From assembly GCA_003670915.1 (NCBI GenBank), contig QWQH01000090.1:1-46057 (forward strand): a stretch of DNA of 46,057 nt. Direction: 5' to 3'. Of the stretch, positions 10,149 to 19,637 are shown piece after piece. The notes under the pieces are model-generated. The model searched no databases. It was not told where the DNA came from and saw only the letters and a program-made list of their open reading frames with translations. The DNA comes from Planctomycetota bacterium. GTDB taxonomy: Bacteria; Planctomycetota; Planctomycetia; Pirellulales; UBA1268. The position numbers and the translations under genes are program-made. Position 1 is the stretch's first letter. Each line of letters starts with the position of its first letter.

Positions 10149-10652
10149 GTGGTGATTTCAGAACAAGAACAGCTTCATATTCACGTGCGTTGGATGATCC
10201 GCCGAGACATGAACGAAGTGTTGGGCATTGAACAGGCTGCGTTTGAGTATCCATGGTCGGATGACGACTTCACTCGCTGCCTTCGTCAGCGCAACTGCAT
10301 CGGCATGGTGGGAGAAGTGGCCGACTCGGTTGTGGCATTCATGATTTATGAACTCCACCGCACGCGGTTGCACGTACTCAACTTTGCCGTGAGGCGATCG
10401 CATCGACGTCTAGGCATCGGCACGCAGATGCTGGACAAACTCGCCGCAAAGCTGAGCCCCGAACGCCGCAACCGGATTGTGCTGGAGGTGCGAGAGCGAA
10501 ATTTGCCAGCACAGATTTTTTTCCGATCCCTAGGCTACCGCGCGACCTCAGTGCTTAAGGACTTTTATCAAGATACAACTGAAGACGCCTACCTCATGCA
10601 ATATTCGTTGCAGGCAGCCGAAGAGATGGCACCCCGTCGTTTGGCCGGTTAG
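10149..10652 (+). CDS. rimI: Ribosomal-protein-alanine N-acetyltransferase (GNAT)
   Basis: IEQAAFEYPWS, LHVLNFAV..HRRLGIG, LEVRERNLPAQ.FF, EDAYLM. Confidence 0.88.
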   Translation: MVISEQEQLHIHVRWMIRRDMNEVLGIEQAAFEYPWSDDDFTRCLRQRNCIGMVGEVADSVVAFMIYELHRTRLHVLNFAVRRSHRRLGIGTQMLDKLAAKLSPERRNRIVLEVRERNLPAQIFFRSLGYRATSVLKDFYQDTTEDAYLMQYSLQAAEEMAPRRLAG

Positions 10653-10665
10653 CGAGGTGTTCGGT

Positions 10666-11973
10666 TTATTCTTTGGCCGGTGGCGTTAGATTGCCGGTAG
10701 CTAGAATGGCAGTGATAGCAGCCGTGCGATCAGTCAGCTGAGCATAGGACGCACTAGCTGTGTTGCCGCAGGCAAAGATTGTCACCGCAGGCCGAGTGGA
10801 GGGAATCGTTTGTCCCAAGGTTGGCAGATCCGCGATCGCGGCCCAACCACTACCGTTTGCTTTCGACCACGCTCGGCATTGGCAGAGCAACTGGTCGTGT
10901 AACGCTGCTTGAATAGGAATGTCGTGGCGGGCAAACAGCACGGCCTTGGACCAGTAGCGACCCAATTCCTCTGTTCTTGCCGGCGCTGGCGATGGCTTGT
11001 TGGAGGCTCCTAGCGGTGTCGCCGAAAAGCCACAGGCAAAAAGGTGTTCCTTGGCAATCGAGACTCCGTTGGCTCGTTCGATGATCTCCATGGAGGCCGT
11101 GGGCCGTGGGTTGACTTCGATCACCGTTACATTTCCCTCAGGGTCCACGACAAGATCCACTCCGACTGCGCCGAGCAGACCGAATTCCTGCGACAGCACG
11201 AGCCCCAAGCGAGTGAGCTGGTGATGTGTCGTGGCTTGGATCGAAGCGAGCGGCACGTGGATCGACCCACAGTAGGCGTGCGGGGCTGCGTAGCACCACG
11301 GCTGGCCAACGAGTTGGTGGCTCAATCCAATCATTTGGGCAGATCGTGGCGACAGGATAAACGCAGCCGCCATGGAATCTCCATCGATCCATTTCTGCCA
11401 TAGCGTTGTTGGTGGTGCAGTCGGGAAGCCGCTCCGTGCCGCCTGCCAGTGGTGAGCCAGTGAAGCGGTCCATCGCGCCACCCCTCGGCCCCCGGCGCTG
11501 GCGATCGGCTTTTGCACAAACGAACCATCCGTACGAATACCGACAGGCGTGAAAGATGTTTCGGGAAAGTGCAGCCCAGCCTGTCGTAGTACACGCGCTA
11601 GTGTGGCCGGATCACGCACTCGGCGAACGATGTCGCCAGTGTTCCCTGCCAGCGGCCGGAGGGCGGCGATCTGATCGATCAAATGAGGATAATTTTCAAT
11701 CGCGCCTGTGTAGCACCACGGAGCATCAGGAAACGCCGCGGCGCACTCTGCCAGTCCGGCTGGATAGCCGCCAACATCCTCCCCTATGCGTCGGGCGGCG
11801 ACAGCAGTTGCGAGAAGATCAAGGTCGCAAAAGAGATCTGCGGCGTAGACGTTCCATCCAGCTTGGGTGGCCGAAGAAGACATGGCTCGGACGCTTGCAC
11901 CGAGCACAACGAGCGGCCGCTGTTCGGTGTTCGCCGAAGAAAATCGCGGAGCGGAGAAGTCGTGTAGAGCCAT
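10666..11973 (-). CDS. orfY: ATP-grasp ligase, OrfY/MyfA-like (methylofuran glutamylation)
   Basis: VLGASVRAM...AADLFCDLD N-terminus, KPIASAGG, GAVGVDLVV and IEVNPRPTAS ATP-grasp motifs; divergent from fae; start uncertain. Confidence 0.7.
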   Translation of the reverse strand: MALHDFSAPRFSSANTEQRPLVVLGASVRAMSSSATQAGWNVYAADLFCDLDLLATAVAARRIGEDVGGYPAGLAECAAAFPDAPWCYTGAIENYPHLIDQIAALRPLAGNTGDIVRRVRDPATLARVLRQAGLHFPETSFTPVGIRTDGSFVQKPIASAGGRGVARWTASLAHHWQAARSGFPTAPPTTLWQKWIDGDSMAAAFILSPRSAQMIGLSHQLVGQPWCYAAPHAYCGSIHVPLASIQATTHHQLTRLGLVLSQEFGLLGAVGVDLVVDPEGNVTVIEVNPRPTASMEIIERANGVSIAKEHLFACGFSATPLGASNKPSPAPARTEELGRYWSKAVLFARHDIPIQAALHDQLLCQCRAWSKANGSGWAAIADLPTLGQTIPSTRPAVTIFACGNTASASYAQLTDRTAAITAILATGNLTPPAKE

Positions 11974-12161
11974 GGGGTGCGGTTGTGAGGCGGGCGCAAT
12001 CGCAGTTGAATCACACTGGGGTCGCACCACAGCGTCAGCAGGCTTTTTCCTTGCTGGCTGAAATGGTAGTCTTTCGCCCCGTGCCGTTGATGCATCGGCA
12101 ATGATTTCGGCCAACGGTTGCTCGGGCGGCCTGGCCTTACTTTTTTGAGGAGACAGGGACT

Positions 12162-12659
12162 ATGTCGATGTTTATTGGCGAAGCACTCAGCGGCGATGGC
12201 AATGAAATTGCCCATATCGATCTGTTGATTGGTAGCAAAGATGGCCCAGTTGGTAATGCCTTCGCCAACGCTTTGGCTCGGCAGAGCGAAGGGCATTCAA
12301 ACCTGCTTGCCGTGCTTGCACCGAATCTGGCTGTCAAGCCGGCGACCGTAATGATTACGAAGGTAACGATCAAGGGAGCCAAGCAGGCTGTGCAGATGTT
12401 TGGCCCGGCGCAGGCTGCCGTCGCCAAGGCGGTCGCCGACAGCGTTGCTGCGGGCGTCATTCCGAAGAGCGATGCCGAGAGTCTCGTGATTGTCTGCGGT
12501 GTTTTTATTCATTGGCTTGCTGTCGATGACAAGAAGATCTACGACTTCAATTATCAGGCCACGATGGAGGCCATCGCCAGCGCGATGAAGGGAAAGCCCT
12601 CTGTTGACGAGATGCTCGCAGGCAAAGATAAGGCGGCCCATCCGTTCCGCGGTTTCTAA
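12162..12659 (+). CDS. fae: Formaldehyde-activating enzyme
   Basis: GEALSGDGNEIAHIDLLIG, KPATVMITKVTIKG, QAVQMFGPAQAAVAKAV, GVFIHW, HPFRGF. Confidence 0.97.
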   Translation: MSMFIGEALSGDGNEIAHIDLLIGSKDGPVGNAFANALARQSEGHSNLLAVLAPNLAVKPATVMITKVTIKGAKQAVQMFGPAQAAVAKAVADSVAAGVIPKSDAESLVIVCGVFIHWLAVDDKKIYDFNYQATMEAIASAMKGKPSVDEMLAGKDKAAHPFRGF

Positions 12660-12672
12660 GGCAGGTACACAG

Positions 12673-12726
12673 GAGGGCCGTGGCCTTGGAACTCATTTGT
12701 AGTTCGAAGGTGCGGCCCTCTTTTTT
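12673..12726 (+). terminator. Intrinsic terminator or attenuator between fae and mtdC
   Basis: Long hairpin GAGGGCCG..GCCTT.GAACT-loop-AGTTC.AAGGT.CGGCCCTC immediately followed by TTTTTT. Confidence 0.7.
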
Positions 12727-12776
12727 CGCCATCGCCTCCAACGTATTTGTTTGGAGGTGTTCACTGGGAGGCATTC

Positions 12777-13673
12777 ATGCCCGTCCAACGCATCTTGATT
12801 CAACTCGATTGCGATCCTCAGGCCAGTTCGTTTGATGCGATTGTAGCGATCGACGCAGGTGCTGAGATGCTCCTGCAGCATGGTGGCGTGACTCCCGACT
12901 CAGCCGTGCCGCTCGTGCACGGCGCGATGTTCACGCGGGGAGGTAGTGATTTGGCGGCAACCGCCATCTTTATTGGTGGGTCGGATATGCAGATTGCCGA
13001 GGCTGTCTACGACCGGGTTCGAGCCACGTTCTTCGGGCCGGTGCGAGTGAGTGTGATGCTCGATCCCGCTGGTGCCAACACGACGGCAAGCGCGGCGGTG
13101 GTGGCTGCTGCACGGCATCTGCCGCTGGGTGATCGAGCGTCAGCAATCGGTTGCCGGGCACTTGTGCTTGGCGCAACTGGCCCCGTGGGGCAGCGAGTAG
13201 CAAGGCTCTTAGCTGGCAAGGGAGTGGCTGTTGGTGTGGCATCGCGGTCGCTCGAACGAGCCAAGGCAGTGTGCGAGAGAATCGGGGCGGCGGTGCCTGA
13301 AGCGAGGCTGGAAGCCGTTGCAACAGTCGACGTGTCATTAGCAGGGAGTGCCTTCGGAACGGCGATTGAAAAAGCCGATCTGATTGTGTCGGCCGGTGCT
13401 GCTGGCACAGTGATGCTCGATACCGCGGGGCGATTGCTCGCCAGTCGCGCCAGGGTGCTCATCGATTTAAACGCAGTGCCCCCAGCGGGTGTGGATGGGA
13501 TTATGTCTGCAGATAAGTCGCGGCAAAGTGGAGTCGCACTTGTCTACGGGGCTTTGGGCATCGGCAGCATAAAAATGAAAATTCATCGTACTGCAGTTTC
13601 AAGGCTATTCGAATCGAATAGCCTCTGTTTAGACGCCGAGGCCTTGCTTGCGGTTGGCGAAACGTTGGCCTGA
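12777..13673 (+). CDS. mtdC: Methylene-tetrahydromethanopterin dehydrogenase (planctomycete MtdC type)
   Basis: SSFDAIVAIDAG, VHGAMFTRG, IFIGGSD, MLDPAGANTTA, GATGPVG Rossmann motif, DLNAVPP; adjacent to fae. Confidence 0.9.
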   Translation: MPVQRILIQLDCDPQASSFDAIVAIDAGAEMLLQHGGVTPDSAVPLVHGAMFTRGGSDLAATAIFIGGSDMQIAEAVYDRVRATFFGPVRVSVMLDPAGANTTASAAVVAAARHLPLGDRASAIGCRALVLGATGPVGQRVARLLAGKGVAVGVASRSLERAKAVCERIGAAVPEARLEAVATVDVSLAGSAFGTAIEKADLIVSAGAAGTVMLDTAGRLLASRARVLIDLNAVPPAGVDGIMSADKSRQSGVALVYGALGIGSIKMKIHRTAVSRLFESNSLCLDAEALLAVGETLA

Positions 13674-13686
13674 ATGCGTGCTGCGA

Positions 13687-14079
13687 TTATTTTGTGCCAA
13701 GAATCAGCACAAGAGCCACGAGAATAGCCAGGCCCACGAGCAGCATGATGAAATTGCGGCGTGCGCGACGCGTAGCTTTTTCCTCCGGAGTCAGCCGATG
13801 CAATCGGATTATCTGCGCACCGTTGTCGATGCATTTTATCGGCTCTGGAAACTCAAGCTCGCCCCGTGGTTCTGAAACGGCGGGAGCGGGTTGCGGTGAC
13901 TCAAGAGCATTGGCGGCCGTGGGTGGCACGAGAAACACCATCGTACAGAGCGGACACTCAGCGGTGTGTCCCGAGAGATCAACGTCCACTGCCAGCGCGG
14001 TATGGCACGATGGGCACGCGACGGCCATGAGCGGTAGGAGTGGCTCCACGGACAACAACTCTGGCGGCAGCTGAAACAT
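13687..14079 (-). CDS. Hypothetical zinc-ribbon protein with a C-terminal membrane anchor
   Basis: CPSC...CPLC pair, Pro/Ala linker, basic stretch then hydrophobic FIMLLVGLAILVALVLIL; start may be 14082, 14079 or 14028. Confidence 0.65.
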   Translation of the reverse strand: MFQLPPELLSVEPLLPLMAVACPSCHTALAVDVDLSGHTAECPLCTMVFLVPPTAANALESPQPAPAVSEPRGELEFPEPIKCIDNGAQIIRLHRLTPEEKATRRARRNFIMLLVGLAILVALVLILGTK

Positions 14080-14092
14080 CATGAATAAAATG

Positions 14093-15427
14093 TCATGAAA
14101 CAGATGGGTGCACAGGAGATCGTTCAGACGGGGAGCGTTCGGACGGCGACACATGCATCCGCACGACCGCCTCGGCGGGGGCGATGCGGCCTAGCATTGC
14201 GGCAGGCAGGCGGCAGTGAATCGTGACTCGTTCGTTGGCGAAGTGGCGGGAGAGCACTTCGCCATGGGCCCCGATCCAGGCAAGGAGCCGGCCATTTCCA
14301 GGCTCGGTTTCGATATCGACATCTCGAAAACCAGCACTGAGGCAGTCTCCCACGGCTCGCACGAAGTCCGTCATGCATTCCCCTGTTCTGGCGGAGAGAG
14401 GTACCGCATTCGCATAGCGGTCGAGCAGCATGCCTCGTGCAACGCGATCTCCGACGGCGTCAATTTTATTGAGCACAAGCAGCGTGTTTTTCTCGTTCAC
14501 ATTGAGTTCGGCGAGCACGGCCCGCACCGCGGTGATTTGCGAATCCACCAGAGGACTCGAAGCGTCTGCAATGTGCAGCAAGAGATCAGCCTGACGCGCC
14601 TCCTCCAGTGTTGCGGTGAAGCTAGCGATCAGCCTGTGCGGGAGGTCCCGGATAAATCCTACCGTGTCGCTCAGGAGAACCGAACCCCAGCCAGGCAGTC
14701 GCCATCGCCGAGTTCGGGTGTCAAGGGTTGCAAAGAGTTTGTCTTCGGCCAGTTCGTCGGAGCCGGTGAGCATGTTGAGGAGCGTGCTTTTACCGGCATT
14801 GGTATAGCCGACGAGCGACACGGTCAGAGAGTTGTGCCGTGCGGCCACCTGCCGCCCCTTGCGTCCGTGGATCTCTCGGAGTTCCTGTTTGAGGTCGTGA
14901 ATCCGTTTTTCAACAAGGCGCTTGTCGACTTCGAGCTGTTTTTCGCCAGGGCCGCGCATCCCGATGCCCATCTTGAGTCTGGAAAGATGCGTCCACAAAC
15001 GCTTCAGTCGGGGCAGCGAATATTCTAACTGCGCCAGTTCGACTGCCAGGCGCGATTCATAGGTGCGGGCTCGGGCGGCAAAGATGTCAAGGATCACCTC
15101 AGAGCGGTCGAGCACTTTCGTTTTGAGCTCGCGTTCAAGATTTCTGGTTTGCGCGGCAGACAGATCGTTGTCGAATAGAACGACATCAGCGTCGTGCCTT
15201 GCAACGAGTCCGGCTAATTCTACAACCTTTCCCTTGCCAAGATATGTGGTCTGATCGGGCCGCGCCCGACGCTGCGTGAGTTCGGCGACCACGCTGGCGC
15301 CGGCTGTCGAAGCCAGGCCTGCCAGTTCGTCCAGTGGATGGTCTGGATCGGCTGGTGTATCGAGTAATACTCCGACGAGCACGGCCCGTTCGCTCTCCAC
15401 GCTGTTGGTGCGAGTGCGATTGTTCAC
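14093..15427 (-). CDS. hflX: Ribosome-splitting GTPase HflX
   Basis: ILDIFAARA, RGPGEKQLEVDKR, G1 GYTNAGKS, LFATLD, DTVGFI, NKID; GTG start overlaps the rsgA stop (GTGA). Confidence 0.96.
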   Translation of the reverse strand: MNNRTRTNSVESERAVLVGVLLDTPADPDHPLDELAGLASTAGASVVAELTQRRARPDQTTYLGKGKVVELAGLVARHDADVVLFDNDLSAAQTRNLERELKTKVLDRSEVILDIFAARARTYESRLAVELAQLEYSLPRLKRLWTHLSRLKMGIGMRGPGEKQLEVDKRLVEKRIHDLKQELREIHGRKGRQVAARHNSLTVSLVGYTNAGKSTLLNMLTGSDELAEDKLFATLDTRTRRWRLPGWGSVLLSDTVGFIRDLPHRLIASFTATLEEARQADLLLHIADASSPLVDSQITAVRAVLAELNVNEKNTLLVLNKIDAVGDRVARGMLLDRYANAVPLSARTGECMTDFVRAVGDCLSAGFRDVDIETEPGNGRLLAWIGAHGEVLSRHFANERVTIHCRLPAAMLGRIAPAEAVVRMHVSPSERSPSERSPVHPSVS

Positions 15428-16593
15428 TCCTCGGACTCCTCTTCGTCGTGTTCGGCCTGCGATGCAAGATGGCAGCAACTCTGCCACCGCCGTGTGTCGA
15501 GGAGGCCGTCGGCAACGGCATGCTTGACGGCGCAGTCGGCCTCGTGAGTGTGGGTGCAGTCTGGAAATCGGCAGAAGTTGGCGATCGGCCGCAAGTCGCG
15601 AAACGCTGCAGGAACCTCGGCCGGCACAAGTTCCCACAGTTGGAACTGCCGCACGCCTGGCGTATCAACGAAGAATCCGCCGCGGCCATGCGGGATCAAT
15701 CGGGCCGTAGTGGTGGTGTGGCGGCCCTTATCGTTGTCTCGGCTGACATCGGCCACGGGCAGCGTCAGTTGCGGCTCGAGCGCGTTGAGGATCGACGATT
15801 TCCCAACGCCGCTTTGTCCCACAATTGCGGTGATGCGGCCTGCGATCAGCCGCTCCAGCCGAGCCATTCCGCAGCCTGTAACCGTCGAACAGAGCACAAC
15901 GGGATAGCCCATGCGTGCGTAGACGCCTGCCAGCGGCACGAGGCTGGCAGGATCGACTAAGTCGATTTTATTCAAGCAGATGATCGGGCGAATGCCGCTC
16001 GACTCTGCGGCCACAATAAACCGATCGATCAGAGCGGGTTTCAGGTGTGGCAGCGAGGCACTGCCAACGATCAACGCCTGATCCACGTTGGCAACAATGA
16101 CGTGCCGTCTGCGGCGGCTGGTACGGCAGAGGGAATTGCGACGCGGTTCGATTGATTGGATCGTGGCGTCGCTCCCGCTGCCGCCAGCAGCCTGATCGCC
16201 TCGGCCCAGCACGGCCACCCAATCGCCCGCTGCTACTGGGTGCCGCTGGTCGGTGGAAAGCGTACGGAGAAGGCGGCGAGTGGTGCATCGCACCACTGTG
16301 CCATCGGTGCCCCGGACAAAACTCTCGAGGCCGTAGACCAGCAGTACCTGCCCTCGCCATGTTTCTGCCGTGAATGGCTGAAACCCGAAGCCGTCGGTGC
16401 GTTCGGCCGATGGCTGTTGGAGGATAACCGTGCGTTTGCGGGTGAGATCTCCCTTCCCGGAGATTCTTTCCGAAGCGGCCATATCGGCCGTTGACTCTGG
16501 AAAGGCATCAATCGAACGGGTGAGATTACCGCTGCGGCAGCGCGATGAACGATTCTTCCGCAGGTCAACGCGAAACTTGCGGGGTTTTGGCAT
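15424..16593 (-). CDS. rsgA: Small ribosomal subunit biogenesis GTPase RsgA
   Basis: Circularly permuted GTPase order NKID - GQSGVGKS - GRHTTT - DTPG; zinc finger CRFPDCTHTHEADC. Confidence 0.96.
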   Translation of the reverse strand: MPKPRKFRVDLRKNRSSRCRSGNLTRSIDAFPESTADMAASERISGKGDLTRKRTVILQQPSAERTDGFGFQPFTAETWRGQVLLVYGLESFVRGTDGTVVRCTTRRLLRTLSTDQRHPVAAGDWVAVLGRGDQAAGGSGSDATIQSIEPRRNSLCRTSRRRRHVIVANVDQALIVGSASLPHLKPALIDRFIVAAESSGIRPIICLNKIDLVDPASLVPLAGVYARMGYPVVLCSTVTGCGMARLERLIAGRITAIVGQSGVGKSSILNALEPQLTLPVADVSRDNDKGRHTTTTARLIPHGRGGFFVDTPGVRQFQLWELVPAEVPAAFRDLRPIANFCRFPDCTHTHEADCAVKHAVADGLLDTRRWQSCCHLASQAEHDEEESEE

Positions 16594-16718
16594 GCTGCAA
16601 GTCTAGCTGTCCGTAGAAAAAATCGTCCACGACTTTTTTCCACTTGGTCGAGGGTCGCCGCCGTGTGGCGGCAGACTGGGTCCACAGTCTGTTCGCATTG
16701 CGACGGCCAGTGTGCAGC

Positions 16719-17147
16719 CTACTTGCGTTTTCGGCTCGAAACAGCTGTGGTTTCTGTGGACCGGGCGGATTCGAGCCCGGCTGTCTCGAGCAATGATCGG
16801 CTAAACAGGTCTTTTGCGACTGTTTTTTCTTCCGGTTGGGCCGTAGCTCCTAGCCGGGCAGGTTCGTAGCAAACTTCGTATTCGTGCTTTGCGAGGGAGA
16901 GCGTATCGCCTGGCTCCAACCGTTGCTCGCTCACCCGACTCCCATTTACTTTCGTGCCATTGCTGCTGCCCAGATCTTTCACATGCCAGTAGCCATCGAC
17001 CAGCGAGAGTTCACAATGGCTGCCCGATACATTTGGGAACCGCAGCACAATATCGGATTCCTCCCGTCGGCCAACGGTCAATGGAGTCCTGAGCAGTGGG
17101 ATGGGATCGCCGCCACCGATCGGTTGCAATTCACCGTAGGGAGTCAT
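16719..17147 (-). CDS. FHA domain protein
   Basis: VGRREESDIVL..NVSGSHC...DLGSSNGTKVNG FHA signature. Confidence 0.9.
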   Translation of the reverse strand: MTPYGELQPIGGGDPIPLLRTPLTVGRREESDIVLRFPNVSGSHCELSLVDGYWHVKDLGSSNGTKVNGSRVSEQRLEPGDTLSLAKHEYEVCYEPARLGATAQPEEKTVAKDLFSRSLLETAGLESARSTETTAVSSRKRK

Positions 17148-17385
17148 AATGGATGTCCTCGCCGTCAAATGCCAGAGGTCGCATCAAATCCTAATACAAG
17201 AAGCGTAGTGGGTCATTGGCACGCGGTCAATGTTTTTATAACGGAGTGCATTCACCATTTTTTTCGTGTATACAGATCGAGGTGTACACGGCGACGCAGA
17301 CGCATCTGGGTAAATTTGTGCAGTGAATTTAAAAAGATCGTTTCAGATAGCGTGCAACAAAAAATGTAGGTTCAGAAAAATTGAG

Positions 17386-17826
17386 GGACTGGAGTGGGCC
17401 GGATGATCGCTGGCCGGAGAATATGTCGAGGTGCTTTCGAGCGCAGCGGCTTTTTTTGGCGGGAGGAAAGTCCGGGCTCCGTAGGGTTCAGTGGTGGGTA
17501 ACGCCCACCGGCCGCAAGGTCAGGGAAAGTGCCACAGAAAGCAAACCGCCTGCGGGGTCATTCCCGTCGGTAAGGGTGAAACGGTGAGGTAAGAGCTCAC
17601 CAGCAGGCCGGGCGACCGGTCTGGCTCGGTAAACCCCACTGGGAGTAAGGCCAAGCAGGAAGAAGTTCGGCCCTTCGGTCCGACGCGAAACGGCCCGTTT
17701 CGCACCCACTTCCGGGTCGGCTGCTGGAGGCGTCGGGTAACCGGCGTCCTAGAGAAATGGTCATCGCTTTGCGTGCTGTTCAAAGACGCAAAGCACAGAA
17801 CCCGGCTTACAGGCCCGCTCCAGTCC
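17386..17826 (+). ncRNA. rnpB: RNase P RNA, bacterial class A
   Basis: P1 GGACTGGAG/CTCCAGTCC; conserved GAGGAAAGTCCGGGC, AGTGCCACAGAAA, GGGTGAAACGG, GGTAAACCCC and ACAGAACCCGGCTTA; followed by a T-run. Confidence 0.97.
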
Positions 17827-17885
17827 TTTTTTCAATTTTACAATGACGAGGCAGTCGCGGAGCCTGGCTGGGGGCCCGCATCCGC

Positions 17886-18476
17886 CTAACTCCCTTTTTT
17901 CGATCCCTTTTTAGATGTGTTCGTGGCGCCCATCGATGGATCGGCGGCAGATTCATCGTCTGCAGAATCGGCTCCTCCAAGGCGACTGCTGCGAATAGAT
18001 TCCAAGTCGACTCGGCCTTCCGCGTCGAGAAGTTTGAGGAGCTTTGAAATGCAGAGGGTGTTGATGCTGACCCGCATATCTCCTGCCTCGGCCTTGAGTG
18101 TTTCGTGGAGCACGCGAGGCATCCGAACCGTCACCACCCGCAGCGCGCTGCGATCGGTGGTGCGGTCTGGCTCCGCGGGCTGGCGGCTGCGCAGGTCGTC
18201 GAGCATTTCCCGTATCCGGGCGTATTGAGGCGAACATTCAAAGCGGATCAGGCTGGCAGGGTCGTCGAACGTCCGCCGAACGATTCCGTCCACCCCCAGA
18301 ACCTCTCGGAAAAAGACGATCCATTCGAGGCTGTTCATGCGATACAACCGTTCGGCCACCTGCAGGACTGCCGTTGCGGCATGGTCGGCCGTGCCAGATC
18401 GGCCTGCGCGGGTCTTTTCGGCCGAGATGGGGCCTTCACTGGCCCTGATTGTTGCGTTCGTCCTTGTTGTTGCCAT
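17886..18476 (-). CDS. Conserved hypothetical protein with a C-terminal ribbon-helix-helix (HicB/Arc-like) domain
   Basis: RVVTVRMPRVLHETLKAEAGDMRVSINTLCISKLL has the RHH pattern; N-terminal WIVFFREVLGVDG helical domain; alternative start at 18506. Confidence 0.72.
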   Translation of the reverse strand: MATTRTNATIRASEGPISAEKTRAGRSGTADHAATAVLQVAERLYRMNSLEWIVFFREVLGVDGIVRRTFDDPASLIRFECSPQYARIREMLDDLRSRQPAEPDRTTDRSALRVVTVRMPRVLHETLKAEAGDMRVSINTLCISKLLKLLDAEGRVDLESIRSSRLGGADSADDESAADPSMGATNTSKKGSKKGS

Positions 18477-18555
18477 CAAAATCGCCTTCCCTGAGATTGA
18501 GTTCATGCGTCGGTCACAATGGCGGAAACGCGACTCGGTCTCTCGCTCATCCGGA

Positions 18556-18608
18556 TGCTGTCAGTGCTGTCAAGCAATCGCGGGAAGTGCTTGCGAAACA
18601 AGGACTTA
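18556..18608. promoter_or_regulatory. Candidate operator region upstream of the RHH gene
   Basis: Direct repeat TGCTGTCA x2 (18556-18563, 18565-18572) overlapping a minus-strand TTGACA; inverted repeat AAGTgcTTG-cgaaa-CAAggACTT (18585-18607). Confidence 0.4.
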
Positions 18609-18734
18609 CGTCCACCTAGCTAACGCAGACTTATTTTCAGGCAGCGATGCCTATTTGTAGGGCATTCATGCGGCTGCGCAGAAAGCAGGCAGCTCGCTTG
18701 AGTCGCATATCCCAACTGTCCTGCTTGGGACGGC

Positions 18735-19637
18735 CTAGAAAACCAATTTTTCAGGATTGAGCGGGCGTTCGAGGTGCTCTGCAACCGCTGCGGCAATATC
18801 GGTGCCCGTGGCCCGCTCTAAGCCCCGCCACCCAGGCACGGCGTTGATCTCAATGACGAGGAGTCGGCCGTCGTTGGCTGGCAGCAGATCCACGCCGGCA
18901 ATTTCTGTTTCTAAAAGCGTGGCCGAGCGACGAGCCAGATCGACCCAAGACTGTGGGGCCTCAAAGGGCTCTGGTCGACCACCTAGGGCCACGTTGGTGC
19001 GCCAGTCTCGGGCCGACACGCGACGCATGGAAAACACCCGTTTCCCGACGAGTAGGATCCGTACGTCCCAGCCCGCATGCGGCACGAATTCCTGAAAGTA
19101 AGCCACGCTGCCGCACGCGGTGGCCGCCTCGATAAAAGGCTCCAGCGATTCGCGGGTGGAGAGCCGTTGAATGCCTCGTCCGCACGACCCAAAGAGCGGC
19201 TTGACAACCGCATCGCAGCCCAGCGACTGCCAAGCCTGCTGGATGGTCGCAGGGTTTTGGGCCACAATCGTGTGCGGCACCGATACGCCACCGGCGGCAA
19301 GTTTTGCCAACGACAGGTATTTATCGATGGCCAATTCGAGGGATCGCGGACTGTTGATAATCCGCTGGCCACTCGCAGCCAATCGCCCCAGCACATCCAT
19401 TCGGAAGATCACGTCCTCCAGTCCCCCTTGCGGCATCCCTCGCACCACAACGATGTCGGCCTGATCGATGGCCAGGGGTAGAAACTGCTCGGCTGACGCC
19501 GCTGTACCCGCGACCACGGCTATCAATTCGTGCCACCTTACAACGGTTGCTTCGTGGCCGCGGGCTTGGATCGCAGCCACGAGGCGGCCCACGTGCCAGC
19601 CAGTTGGTTCGCCCACAATCGCTACTCGCATCGGCAT
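18735..19637 (-). CDS. orf5: RimK-family alpha-L-glutamate ligase, Orf5/MyfB-like
   Basis: DKYLS, VVKPLFGSCGRG, QEFV, AGVDL, IEINAVPGW; TGATG-coupled to mch. Confidence 0.85.
   Translation of the reverse strand: MPMRVAIVGEPTGWHVGRLVAAIQARGHEATVVRWHELIAVVAGTAASAEQFLPLAIDQADIVVVRGMPQGGLEDVIFRMDVLGRLAASGQRIINSPRSLELAIDKYLSLAKLAAGGVSVPHTIVAQNPATIQQAWQSLGCDAVVKPLFGSCGRGIQRLSTRESLEPFIEAATACGSVAYFQEFVPHAGWDVRILLVGKRVFSMRRVSARDWRTNVALGGRPEPFEAPQSWVDLARRSATLLETEIAGVDLLPANDGRLLVIEINAVPGWRGLERATGTDIAAAVAEHLERPLNPEKLVF

Noticed and set aside
14216-15028. 270-aa plus-strand ORF (and similar shadows over smc, orf7, dnaJ and fabI)
   Set aside because: Entirely antisense to confidently identified genes
17200-17385. 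AT-rich intergenic region as a possible replication origin; TGGCAC at 17217 as a sigma-54 promoter
   Set aside because: No TTATCCACA-like boxes seen, and the -12 GC is absent at the required spacing; best explained as the divergent FHA/rnpB promoter region
17381-17783. Short ORFs on both strands
   Set aside because: They overlap the RNase P RNA gene
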